The position numbers were made by a program, and so were the translations under genes. Shown one piece after another: positions 1 to 8,418 of a stretch of 32,000 nt of DNA (position 1 is its first letter; each line of letters opens with the position of its first letter). The stretch lies in contig CAZGDM010000017.1 in assembly GCA_964525275.1 (NCBI GenBank), positions 835 through 32,834 of the forward strand, read 5' to 3'. Origin of the DNA: an uncultured Thermodesulfobacteriota bacterium. GTDB taxonomy: Bacteria; Desulfobacterota; B13-G15. A model generated the notes under the pieces. The model was given only the letters and a program-made list of their open reading frames with translations. It made no database searches and was not told where the DNA came from.

Positions 1-1162
1 CACATGACAGCAACGCCTGACGGTAGACCTCCTTCAAAGGTATCCCCCTTCTCACGGCCAGGGAACGACAGCTTTCGTATTCGGGGGCGACGTTGACCAC
101 TTCTCCCCCGCGCCTTCCCACCTTGACCTTGACGGGACCGAAGGGTGTGGAAACCTCGACGGTCTCCCTTTCGAGGACCCATCGCTCGACCCTCCAGCCC
201 CTCACCCCGAGGGTACTCGACTCCCTGAAGAGCACCCCCATCAGTCCATCCCTCTCCGCCTCTGCCGCCAGGCAACGCAATGTCACCCCCATCCTGCCCT
301 TTTTCATCCGGATGGGGACCAAGGTGACGTCCCGAGCCCCTGCCTCTCGCAGCCGTTCCTCCACATAGGGGAGGATCTCCGGGTTCAAGTCGTCAAGATC
401 GGCCTCCAGAAGCCAAAGTCCCTCCGCCCCCTTGGGCCTTCTACCCACCATCACTCGCAAGAGGTTGGGGAGTTGAGGGGGATCCATGGTCCCTGCCCCG
501 TATCCCACCCCCTCCAGGATCATCTCCGGTATGGGACCAAAGGAAGTGGCCAGGACCCTCAGGAGGGCGGCACCAGTGGGGGTGACGTTTTCCATCTCCA
601 TGGGCGATGCCAAAATGGGCACTCCCTTAAGGATCTCCAGCGTCGCCGGGCAAGGCGAAGGTAAGGGGCCGTGTTCCGTCAACACCTGCCCCCTGGCGAG
701 GGCCACAGGGGAGGCGAAGACCTCCTCGAGGTCCAGATACTCTACAGCCGCCACGGCACCCACTAAATCGAGGAGGGTGTCAGGGTCCCCCAGTTCGTGG
801 AAGTGGGCCCTGGGGGTCCCGTGGACCGCCTCTTCCGCCTTCCGCAAAAGGTCGAGGGCCTTAAGGGCCAGCTCTTTGGAACGGGCCGACAGGGGGGCCT
901 TAGAGAGCCTCTCCGCCATCTCCTCTGGGGACATCCTCTCCGAGGAGATCTCCACTTCGAGTTTAGTCCCCCCTATACCACAACGGCTGACCCTCCTCAC
1001 CTCTGCCTTCACCTCAAGGCCCACTCCGCGCCAGGCCTCCTCCAGCACTTGGAGGGGAACCCCTACATGGAGCAGGGCCCCGAGGATCATATCCCCGCTC
1101 ACACCGGCAAAACAGTCGAAGTAAGCCACCCTGCCCTGCACAGCTTGTAGGCTACCACGCAT
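1..1162 (-). CDS. larC: LarC-family nickel-insertion protein (DUF111; nickel-pincer cofactor biosynthesis), 3' end runs off the window
   Basis: Absent from the ORF track because its stop lies outside the window. My translation of the minus strand from ATG at 1162 gives MRGSLQAVQGRVAYFDCFAGVSGDMILGALLHVGVP..., matching the LarC/DUF111 N-terminal YxDCFxGxSGDM signature. The frame stays open to position 2, ending ...RRGIPLKEVYRQALLSC, which looks like a LarC C-terminus. The plus-strand ORFs 93..368 and 486..1124 are S/P/R/T-rich shadows. Confidence 0.75.
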   Translation of the reverse strand, partial: MRGSLQAVQGRVAYFDCFAGVSGDMILGALLHVGVPLQVLEEAWRGVGLEVKAEVRRVSRCGIGGTKLEVEISSERMSPEEMAERLSKAPLSARSKELALKALDLLRKAEEAVHGTPRAHFHELGDPDTLLDLVGAVAAVEYLDLEEVFASPVALARGQVLTEHGPLPSPCPATLEILKGVPILASPMEMENVTPTGAALLRVLATSFGPIPEMILEGVGYGAGTMDPPQLPNLLRVMVGRRPKGAEGLWLLEADLDDLNPEILPYVEERLREAGARDVTLVPIRMKKGRMGVTLRCLAAEAERDGLMGVLFRESSTLGVRGWRVERWVLERETVEVSTPFGPVKVKVGRRGGEVVNVAPEYESCRSLAVRRGIPLKEVYRQALLSC

Positions 1163-1226
1163 ACTTTTATGGTTGCAAGGACTGGGAAACGGGCTATTAT
1201 TCCTCATACGAAAGGGGGTGACGAAG

Positions 1227-1514
1227 ATGGCGATCAAGGTGATCATTGAAAGGAGAATCAAGGAGGGGAAGGAGGGAGAGCTGGCCCAGCTGCTCAGGCA
1301 ACTCCGCGCCAAGGCCCTACTGGCAAGCGGATACATCTCCGGCCAGACCCTGCGCTCGGTGGATGACCCGCGACTCTATGTGGTGATAAGCACGTGGAAA
1401 AGCCTCGAGGACTGGCGGGAGTGGGAGAAGGATCCGGAAAGGGCGGAACTACAGCGGAAGATCGACGAACTATTGGAGGAACCTGCCAAATTTAGGGTCT
1501 TCTACTTCGTATGA
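1227..1514 (+). CDS. ABM (antibiotic biosynthesis monooxygenase / Dabb) domain protein, about 95 aa
   Basis: ORF 1173..1514. The internal ATG at 1227 follows an aaaggggg SD. MAIKVIIERRIKEG...LYVVISTWKSLEDWREWEKDPER fits the small ferredoxin-like ABM fold pattern. Confidence 0.7.
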   Translation: MAIKVIIERRIKEGKEGELAQLLRQLRAKALLASGYISGQTLRSVDDPRLYVVISTWKSLEDWREWEKDPERAELQRKIDELLEEPAKFRVFYFV

Positions 1515-2118
1515 CCTCTAGGACCTCCAACAGGTCTTCGATGTAATGGTCGGCTTCCAAATCCCTGTTTTTGTAGGCCACAAAAGGCACTCCAGCCCGC
1601 TGGGAGGCTTGGGAGTCGCGTTCTGTGTCCCCCACGAAGAGGGCCTCCCGCGGCGCACAGCCGAAATGCCCCAGTACCTTTAGCAAGGGTTCGGGGTGGG
1701 GTTTGGGATTGGATACATCCAAAGCCGAGACCACGAAGTCGAAATGGTCCTTCAACCCGAAATGCTCAAGTACGTGCCCTATGGTGTAAGTCCTGTTGGT
1801 GGAGATGGCCTTCCTAACTCCAGGAGGGACCCCTTCCAAGAGTTCCCGTAGGTGGGGCTCGGGCCTCATCAAGCGGATGAAGGGCAGGTAATCGAGCCCC
1901 TCCCTCACCTTCCTGTAGCGCTCCATGTCCCGGAACTCCCTGCGCTCAAGGAGATAACTCACCCCCTCCTCGGCGGTGCTTGAGTGGATGAACTCCACTT
2001 CCTCTTCGTCCATCGGAGGGAGGCCGAGTTCAGCGAGGATGTGGTTGTAGTAAGCGATGTTCGCTTCCTTGGAGTCGAACATCACCCCGTCGCAGTCGAG
2101 GATGAGCACCCTCACCAT
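1492..2118 (-). CDS. HAD-superfamily hydrolase (phosphatase, subfamily IA-like)
   Basis: Motif I is LILDCDGVMFDS (DxDG). A later KPHPEP motif and FVGDTERD motif IV are present. 208 aa. Its 3' end overlaps the convergent ABM gene by 23 nt. Confidence 0.85.
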   Translation of the reverse strand: MVRVLILDCDGVMFDSKEANIAYYNHILAELGLPPMDEEEVEFIHSSTAEEGVSYLLERREFRDMERYRKVREGLDYLPFIRLMRPEPHLRELLEGVPPGVRKAISTNRTYTIGHVLEHFGLKDHFDFVVSALDVSNPKPHPEPLLKVLGHFGCAPREALFVGDTERDSQASQRAGVPFVAYKNRDLEADHYIEDLLEVLEVIRSRRP

Positions 2119-2151
2119 CCCGGGGAGCTTTACCGTAAAAGGGGAAGAAGG

Positions 2152-3309
2152 TCAATGCCGATCTTGGGGGAGGGAACAGTTCTTGTCCTCGTACATCCTC
2201 TTGTCGGCCTTGTGAATGAGGTCGCGGACCGTTTGAGCATCTTTAGGATAAGAGGCCACCCCTCCGGAAAGGCAGATCTTCACCTCCTCGTCGTCAAAGG
2301 TGAAGCGGAGTTTGGAGACGGCCTCCTTTATCCTCCGGCAGGCCGCCTCAGCCCCTTCGACGTCAGTGTCGGGCATAAGTACAGTGAATTCATCCCCTCC
2401 GTAGCGACACAGCACATCCGACCCGCGGATCTCCTTGCTGATGGCGGCACTTACCGCCTTGAGCACCTTGTCCCCCGCGAGGTGACCGTAACGGTCGTTT
2501 ACCTCTTTAAACCTGTCGATATCGAACATGGCCACGGCGAAATCCCTACCCGTGCGTTTGGACCGACGGCGTTCCCGACCCAGCTGTTCGAAGAAGTAGC
2601 TCCTGTTGTAGATGCCGGTGAGGGGATCCTTTGTGGAGAGCTCCTTTATCTTCTGGAAGAGCATGATCTTCTCGAGCAAGATCCCGGCGTAATTGCACAC
2701 CATCTTCAGAGGGTAGAAATCGTCGGTCACCTTACCACCAGGGGGAGGGGTATCCGCGGTAACTATGCCGAAGGCGGGGAAGTGCTCACAAAAGATCCAC
2801 GAGAAGGATGCTGTATCCTTCAAGCGGAGTTTACGGCCGTTGCGTCCGTAAAGGGGACAACTCCTCTGCCTGCACTTCACAAGGTCGTAACAGGCCTTCC
2901 TGCCGATGCTGCAGATAGGGGCGATCACCACCTCTTCGGGCGGGGGACCCAACTGTTGATAGTAGGTGAAAAAGGGCGTATCGGAGGGCTTCACCACCAG
3001 GGCCCCCAGCTCCTTCAAGGCGTTGACGGCGGGATCATAGGTCTCCTCCAAGGGGATCTCTAACCTCCCGAAGTCCTCCAAGGGATAGCCGTAGCCATAC
3101 AGGGCCTCCAAACGCCTCCTCTCCTTGTCCAGGAACCAGAGCCCTATCCTCCGGTAGTCAAGCCCCCGATGGAGTGAATCGACCATGGTCCGCAGGATGC
3201 CCTCCAGGGTCTCCTCGGCGGAGATCTCCCTGAGGATCATCTGGACCTCGTTGTACTGGAGCACCAGTATCTTGAGGTCCTCTAATAGCTGCTCATCACA
3301 CCTTGCCAC
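2152..3309 (-). CDS. Diguanylate cyclase: GAF-like N-terminal sensor with a Cys-rich insert plus a C-terminal GGDEF domain
   Basis: Has DPLTGIYNR, FDIDRFKEVNDRYGHLAGD and the RYGGDEF active site. An RGSD (RxxD) I-site lies exactly 5 residues upstream of GGDEF. Overlaps the upstream kinase gene by 14 nt. Confidence 0.9.
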   Translation of the reverse strand: MARCDEQLLEDLKILVLQYNEVQMILREISAEETLEGILRTMVDSLHRGLDYRRIGLWFLDKERRRLEALYGYGYPLEDFGRLEIPLEETYDPAVNALKELGALVVKPSDTPFFTYYQQLGPPPEEVVIAPICSIGRKACYDLVKCRQRSCPLYGRNGRKLRLKDTASFSWIFCEHFPAFGIVTADTPPPGGKVTDDFYPLKMVCNYAGILLEKIMLFQKIKELSTKDPLTGIYNRSYFFEQLGRERRRSKRTGRDFAVAMFDIDRFKEVNDRYGHLAGDKVLKAVSAAISKEIRGSDVLCRYGGDEFTVLMPDTDVEGAEAACRRIKEAVSKLRFTFDDEEVKICLSGGVASYPKDAQTVRDLIHKADKRMYEDKNCSLPQDRH

Positions 3310-3733
3310 CCTGGCCTCCGCGATACTTGCGTAGCTTCAGGTAATTTTTGCCCCCTTCACGGCGGTATTCAATCTCGTCCATGGCCTCCCGCATGATGTG
3401 CACCCCCATCCCCCCTTCGGGCAGAGAACCGGAATCGGTGTGGTCGAAGGCGGGAGGGGGGACCTGACGCGGGTCGAACTCCTCTCCTTCGTCTATGAGC
3501 GTAACCTGACAGAATTCATCCGCCACTTCTAACTCCGCCTCTATCTTCCTTGAGGAATTGAAGCAATAAGCGTGCCTTACGATATTGCTCAAACCCTCGA
3601 AAACGGCTATCTCCACGGCCCTTAAGGTCTCTTCCTCCACCCCAAGCCCTTCACAGACGCCCTTTATGGCCAAGGCACAGAGGCGGACATCCTCCATCGA
3701 GGCGGACATGACCATCTTCAGTCGATACCTCAC
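3296..3733 (-). CDS. RsbW/SpoIIAB-type anti-sigma-factor serine kinase (HATPase_c family)
   Basis: 145 aa. N-box is EGLSNIVRHAY; G-boxes are DEGEEFD and GGMGVHIM. 4-nt start/stop overlap with the STAS gene. Confidence 0.85.
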   Translation of the reverse strand: MRYRLKMVMSASMEDVRLCALAIKGVCEGLGVEEETLRAVEIAVFEGLSNIVRHAYCFNSSRKIEAELEVADEFCQVTLIDEGEEFDPRQVPPPAFDHTDSGSLPEGGMGVHIMREAMDEIEYRREGGKNYLKLRKYRGGQGGKV

Positions 3734-4071
3734 TTGCCGATGACCTCCAGGGCTCCCTCCACGTCCTCTGCTATGTCGAAGATTCGGTGCAGCCTCGTCA
3801 GTTCCATCAGGTCGTCAACGGCTTTCTGCAGGGAACATAGCACCAATCGCCCCCCTCTGGCCACGTGTTTCAACACCGAGACCAGAGCCCCCAGTCCGGA
3901 GCTGTCGACGAAGCTCACCTCCCTCATATCGATGATGGCCTGCTTCGTCCCCGCTTCGTCCAGGGACTGGATCACCTTGTCTTTGAACTCAGAGGCCACC
4001 AAGGCATCGAGCCTCTTGTCAAGGGGCCTGAAGATCAGTACATCGCCCTTCCTCTCGATCTCAACCCTCAT
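3730..4071 (-). CDS. STAS-domain anti-sigma-factor antagonist (SpoIIAA/RsbV-like)
   Basis: FVDSSGLGALV contains the conserved phosphorylatable Ser (DSSG). The ORF track extends to a GTG at 4140. I prefer ATG 4071 (MRVEIERKGDVLIFRPL, 113 aa), which is typical STAS length and leaves a divergent promoter gap. Confidence 0.8.
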   Translation of the reverse strand: MRVEIERKGDVLIFRPLDKRLDALVASEFKDKVIQSLDEAGTKQAIIDMREVSFVDSSGLGALVSVLKHVARGGRLVLCSLQKAVDDLMELTRLHRIFDIAEDVEGALEVIGK

Positions 4072-4168
4072 AGCCTTGTAGACCTTCTCTTTAGTTCTCT
4101 TTTCGGCACCACCGCCCATCCCTTTAGCGTTTCCCACCACCCTCAGGCTGTGTTAAAAGTAAGGGAGG

Positions 4169-4780
4169 ATGCTGGGTGAGGTAACGAACTGGCTGGTGAA
4201 GACCATTGGAAATCTCGGCTACGGGGGAATCGTGGCCTTGATGTTCCTCGAGTCTTCCTTCTTCCCCTTCCCCAGCGAGGTTGTCATCCCACCGGCGGGC
4301 TATTTGGCCTCAAAGGGGGAGATGGATCTGCTGACCATCATAGGCTCGGGCACCCTCGGCAGCCTTCTGGGGGCCCTCTTCAACTACTGGCTCGCTGCGC
4401 GAATGGGAAGGCCTTTACTTGAGCGTTACGGCCGCTACCTCTTCATAAAAGGGGATGTATTGGCCAAGGCCGATCGCTTCTTCCAGCGGCACGGCCACAT
4501 CAGCACCTTCCTGGGAAGGCTGCTCCCCGGGATAAGACAGTACATATCCCTGCCCGCAGGTCTGGCCGAGATGGATGTAGGCCTGTTCTGCTTCACCACC
4601 TCCCTCGGAGCGGGCCTTTGGGTAACCGTGCTGGCCCTGGTGGGTTACTGGGTGGGAGAACAGGAAGTCCTGCTTAAAAGGCACCTCCGGATCGCTACGG
4701 CAGCAGTGGCTGTCTTTGCGGCCTTGATCTGCCTGGCCTACATCCTCCGCTTAAAGGGCAGGTTTACTTCCCGCAGCTAA
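4169..4780 (+). CDS. DedA-family (VTT/SNARE-associated) inner-membrane protein
   Basis: [30 protein letters not shown] and [17 protein letters not shown] are DedA signature stretches. Multi-TM. Strong agggagg SD before the ATG. Confidence 0.9.
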   Translation: MLGEVTNWLVKTIGNLGYGGIVALMFLESSFFPFPSEVVIPPAGYLASKGEMDLLTIIGSGTLGSLLGALFNYWLAARMGRPLLERYGRYLFIKGDVLAKADRFFQRHGHISTFLGRLLPGIRQYISLPAGLAEMDVGLFCFTTSLGAGLWVTVLALVGYWVGEQEVLLKRHLRIATAAVAVFAALICLAYILRLKGRFTSRS

Positions 4781-4789
4781 AGGGGTATC

Positions 4790-6394
4790 ATGAAATCCTT
4801 CACAAAGCGGGATGTGATGAAGCTCCTTTTGGTCCTCCTCACAGGAGGTCTTTTGTTTTTCTCCAACCTCGGCGGCTGGGATCTCTGGAACCCAGACGAA
4901 CCCCGCTACGCCGAGATAGCACGGGAGATGATCCAGGGGGGGACTTGGGTCATCCCTCACCTCAACGGGGAGGTCTACTTCGACAAACCGCCCCTCTTTT
5001 TTGCCATGATCGCCGGAGCTGCCAAGGCCTTGGGGGAGGTCAACTCATGGTCCGCCCGGCTACCGTCGGCGATCTTCGGAACCTTGGGGCTCATCGTCCT
5101 TTACGCCTTGGGCAAAGCCCTGCGCGACGGGACAACGGGATTGCTCGCCGCCCTAATGACGGCTACCACCGTCGAATACCTCTGGCTCGCCCGTCGTGCT
5201 AACATTGACGCCACCCTCACCTTCTTCACCACCGGGGCCGTATTCTTCTTCTGGACTGGGGCCAAGAGCGAAAAGGGAAAGGTCTTTCTGTATCTAATGG
5301 GCTATATCTTCATGGCGGTGGGATTCCTCACGAAACTGCAGCCTGCGGTGTTGATCCCCGTCCTTGCCCTCGGTCCCTACTTCATCCTGAAGGGGCGTTG
5401 GAGTTTTTTCGTAGATAAAAAGCACATCCCGGGCCTACTGGTCTTTGCGGGCATCGTAGGGGGATGGCTCCTGCTGGCCCTGAAGGAAGGTGGGCCGGAA
5501 TACCTCAAAGGCCTCCTATGGGAGAAGACGGCCTCCACCTTTTTTAAAGTGACCACGACTGGACATAAGCGTCCTTTTTTTTATTACTTTTACAACTTCC
5601 CCGCCCAATTCTCCCCTTGGAGCTTTTTTCTGCCCTCTGCTATCATCTACGCCCTAAGGACCCACAAGGAGGAGTTGGTCTTCCCATTGAGTTGGTTTGC
5701 GGCTGGTTTCCTCTTTTTCTCCCTGGCTCAGGCGAAAAGGGGACTTTATCTCCTGCCCCTCTATCCAGCTGCTGCCCTTCTGGTGGCCGGGCTGTGGAGG
5801 GATGAAGATTTGAGGAAGGGCCTTTTGAGGACCCCCCTGCTGGTCCTTGCGGCCGTGTTGGTCTTTACAGGAATGGCCGTGCCCTTTCCAGTAATGCTAT
5901 GGGGCAGAAAGTATCTGCAGCACGCCTTGGAGATAGGGGTCGTCACCGGGGTCATATTGACCTCAGGGGGGATAGTCCTCTGGCTATCGGTGAAGAAGAT
6001 CCAGAGGCCTTCTCTGGCCCTCGTCCTGGTGGTGAGCCTCACCTCAATCCTATGGCTTTACGGGGTATGGAGGATCTTTCCGGAGGTCAACCCCTACAAA
6101 TCGGCCCGTCCTTTGAGCGAAAGGGTCCTGGAGGTCATGGCCCCCGAGGACAGCTTGGCGGTGTACAAACTCCAGGGGGCCGAATTCAACTTCTACACTG
6201 GCCGTATCCCCATCCTGAGGATTTACCGCCCTGAGGATCTCAAGGCCTACCTCGACAGGCCAGGGAGGGCCTTCTGCATCCTCAGGGAAAAGCACTTGCG
6301 GAAACTCAGCCAGGAGTTGACCTCAAAGGTCCACGTGGTGACAAGGGGCCGCGTTGGCCATAAGAAACTGGTGGTAATAAGCAACAGGGGGTAG
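4790..6394 (+). CDS. ArnT-like GT-C glycosyltransferase (family 39 / PMT_2), polyprenyl-phosphate-sugar dependent
   Basis: 534 aa polytopic protein. First-loop motif is NPDEPRYAEIAREM, followed by YFDKPPLFF. Both are hallmarks of ArnT/PMT_2 enzymes. Confidence 0.9.
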   Translation: MKSFTKRDVMKLLLVLLTGGLLFFSNLGGWDLWNPDEPRYAEIAREMIQGGTWVIPHLNGEVYFDKPPLFFAMIAGAAKALGEVNSWSARLPSAIFGTLGLIVLYALGKALRDGTTGLLAALMTATTVEYLWLARRANIDATLTFFTTGAVFFFWTGAKSEKGKVFLYLMGYIFMAVGFLTKLQPAVLIPVLALGPYFILKGRWSFFVDKKHIPGLLVFAGIVGGWLLLALKEGGPEYLKGLLWEKTASTFFKVTTTGHKRPFFYYFYNFPAQFSPWSFFLPSAIIYALRTHKEELVFPLSWFAAGFLFFSLAQAKRGLYLLPLYPAAALLVAGLWRDEDLRKGLLRTPLLVLAAVLVFTGMAVPFPVMLWGRKYLQHALEIGVVTGVILTSGGIVLWLSVKKIQRPSLALVLVVSLTSILWLYGVWRIFPEVNPYKSARPLSERVLEVMAPEDSLAVYKLQGAEFNFYTGRIPILRIYRPEDLKAYLDRPGRAFCILREKHLRKLSQELTSKVHVVTRGRVGHKKLVVISNRG

Positions 6395-6397
6395 AGG

Positions 6398-7507
6398 ATG
6401 GAGATACCACTTCTCGATTTGAAAAGGGTGAGCATGAGGATAAGGGAGGAGGTCTTCGCCGAATGGGAGCGAGTGCTGGAAGGGATGAGGCTCCTCGGGG
6501 GCTCGAACCTTAAGGCCTTTGAGGAGGAGATCGCCTCCTATATCGGCTGCCGTTACGCCTTCGGTGTGGCTTCGGGTAGCGACGCGTTGCTGCTGGGCCT
6601 GGTGGCCACAGGGGTGGGACCAGGGGATGAGGTGATAATCCACGCCAACGGCTTCGTGGCCGCCGTGGAGGCCATAAAATGGGTCGGGGCACGGCCGGTG
6701 CTGGTGGACATGAAGGAGGAGGACTTCGGCCCCGATCCCGAACAAATTGCCGAAGCCATTACCCCGAGGACCAAGGCGGTGATAGTGGTCCACATGTACG
6801 GCCATCCTGCGGACATGGAACCGCTGCTGGAGCTCAAGAACAAGTACGGTTTCAAACTCATCGAGGACTGCTCCCATGCCCACGGGGCCGAATACAAGGG
6901 CAAGAAGGTCGGCACCTTTGGCGACGTGGGCTGTTTCAGCTGTGGGGTGGTGAAGAACCTCGGGGCCTTCGGCGATGCCGGCTTCTGCACTACCGACGAC
7001 CCAGAGGTGGCCTCGAGGATAGACCTCCTCAGGGTCCACGGACAAAGGGTGAAGAACCAGCACGTGTTTTACGGCTTCAACAGCCGCTTGGACGAACTCC
7101 AAGCGGTGGTGCTGAGGATCAGGCTCAAGACCCTGGACGAGGAGAACGACCGCAGGCGCGAAATCGCCAAGCGCTACACCGAGGCCTTTTCCTCCATTGA
7201 TGGGATAATCCCCCCTCCTGAGTTCATCGACCGAAAGAGCGTCTATCACCGCTATGTGGTCCGCACCCCGCGGAGGGAGGAGCTCATGGAGTTCCTCAAA
7301 GGCGAGGGAATAGGAGTGGGGATCCAATATCCCCTGCCCCTCCACCTGCAGGAGGCCTGGCAACGGGAGGGGTATGGAAGCTACCGACTGCCGGTGTCGG
7401 AACGGGTGTGCTCCGAAGTCCTCTCCTTGCCCATCTATCCCGAACTCACCGAGGAGGAAGTGGCTTATGTCATAGAAAAGGTCCAGGAGTTCTTTCGCCG
7501 GGGATGA
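6398..7507 (+). CDS. DegT/DnrJ/EryC1/StrS-family PLP-dependent sugar aminotransferase (ArnB-like fold)
   Basis: Has GVASGSDALLLGL, IEDCSHAHGA and the PLP-lysine context SCGVVKNLGAFGDAG. 369 aa. Confidence 0.9.
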   Translation: MEIPLLDLKRVSMRIREEVFAEWERVLEGMRLLGGSNLKAFEEEIASYIGCRYAFGVASGSDALLLGLVATGVGPGDEVIIHANGFVAAVEAIKWVGARPVLVDMKEEDFGPDPEQIAEAITPRTKAVIVVHMYGHPADMEPLLELKNKYGFKLIEDCSHAHGAEYKGKKVGTFGDVGCFSCGVVKNLGAFGDAGFCTTDDPEVASRIDLLRVHGQRVKNQHVFYGFNSRLDELQAVVLRIRLKTLDEENDRRREIAKRYTEAFSSIDGIIPPPEFIDRKSVYHRYVVRTPRREELMEFLKGEGIGVGIQYPLPLHLQEAWQREGYGSYRLPVSERVCSEVLSLPIYPELTEEEVAYVIEKVQEFFRRG

Positions 7508-8418
7508 AGCCTGAGGTATCCATTGCCATACCCGTACATAACGAGGAGGGCAACATCGAAGGCCTCTGGAGGGAAATAAGGGATGTGATGGACCCCCTGG
7601 GGATCCCCTATGAGGTAGTGTTGGTGAACGACGGCAGCACCGACCGGACAGGGGAGATCCTCGAGGGGATCCTGCGCGAGGACCCGAGGGTCAGAGTGGT
7701 GGAACTCGACGGCAACTTTGGCGAAGCGGCGGCCCTGTCCGCCGGGTACCGCTTTTCGCGGGGGAAATGGATCATCACCATGGATGGCGATGGTCAGAAC
7801 GACCCGCGGGATATCCCCCGCATACTGCGGGAACTCAAAAAGGGCTATCGGGCGGTGAGCGGCTTCAGGAAGGACCGGCAAGAGGCCTTCCTGAGCAGGG
7901 TGTTGCCCTCCCGGGTGGCCAACTGGCTGATCGCTGCCGTCACCGGCTGCAAGATCCACGACACCGGCTGCGGCCTCAAAGGTTACCGGGCGGATCTCGT
8001 CCGTGGATTCAACATCCCCCATGGATTCCACAGGTTTTTACCGGCGCTGTTCGGCGTGAAGGGGGAGGAGGTGACCGAGGTAGTGGTGATGGATAGGAAG
8101 CGCCAGGCGGGCCGCTCCCACTACGGCCTTGGCCGGACCTTTGAGGTCCTGAGGGAGCTTCTCACCATCAAGTTCGTGCTCTCGGATCCGGAGGGATGGC
8201 GGCGAAGGTTCAGGAAGATAGTCCCCTTTTCGGCCACGATAGCCGCGGGGGGGATGGCCCTGGCCCTCTTGGCCCCTGGGACATGGAGCTTGGGGTTATT
8301 CGTAGGGGCCGTGGCCATGACTGCCTTGGCCCGGATAGTCCAGCGGAACCTCCAGAGGTTCATCGAGGCCCAAAGGCGGGGTGTATATAAGGTCAAGGAG
8401 GTAAAAGGTGGCGATTAG
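7504..8418 (+). CDS. GT2 polyprenyl-phosphate glycosyltransferase (ArnC / Dpm1-like) with C-terminal TM helices
   Basis: The ORF track starts at 7408. I place the start at ATG 7504, which forms an ATGA overlap with the DegT stop. Motifs: MKPEVSIAIPVHNEEGNI, VNDGSTD, TMDGDGQNDP (DxD), and a C-terminal hydrophobic pair as in ArnC. Confidence 0.85.
   Translation: MKPEVSIAIPVHNEEGNIEGLWREIRDVMDPLGIPYEVVLVNDGSTDRTGEILEGILREDPRVRVVELDGNFGEAAALSAGYRFSRGKWIITMDGDGQNDPRDIPRILRELKKGYRAVSGFRKDRQEAFLSRVLPSRVANWLIAAVTGCKIHDTGCGLKGYRADLVRGFNIPHGFHRFLPALFGVKGEEVTEVVVMDRKRQAGRSHYGLGRTFEVLRELLTIKFVLSDPEGWRRRFRKIVPFSATIAAGGMALALLAPGTWSLGLFVGAVAMTALARIVQRNLQRFIEAQRRGVYKVKEVKGGD

Noticed and set aside
1-1162. 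LarC as evidence for a complete lactate-racemase cofactor (larBCE) locus.
   Set aside because: Only larC is visible, and its neighbours in the window (ABM protein, HAD) are unrelated. larB/larE could lie beyond the window edge, so no claim about an orphan larC can be made.
1984-3063. 359-aa plus-strand ORF opposite the GGDEF gene. Similar long antisense ORFs occur at 486..1124(+), 6323..7363(-), 11535..12284(-), 17418..18218(+), 19156..20388(+), 21372..22196(+), 22203..23639(+), 23814..24974(+) and 27046..27924(+).
   Set aside because: Each lies fully inside a gene on the other strand that has clear family motifs. Their translations are low-complexity G/R/P/H/L-rich strings with no recognisable domains, as expected for stop-poor antisense frames in GC-rich DNA.
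7408-7503. N-terminal extensions in the ORF track: 7408 for the GT2, 15023 for the Spy-like protein, 31000 for the 2Fe-2S subunit, 20595 for UPF0261-B, 18605 for the acyl-CoA synthetase and 1173 for the ABM protein.
   Set aside because: Each extension overlaps the preceding gene or lacks an SD. An internal ATG gives the family-typical N-terminus, often as an ATGA stop/start overlap or behind a strong GGAGG.
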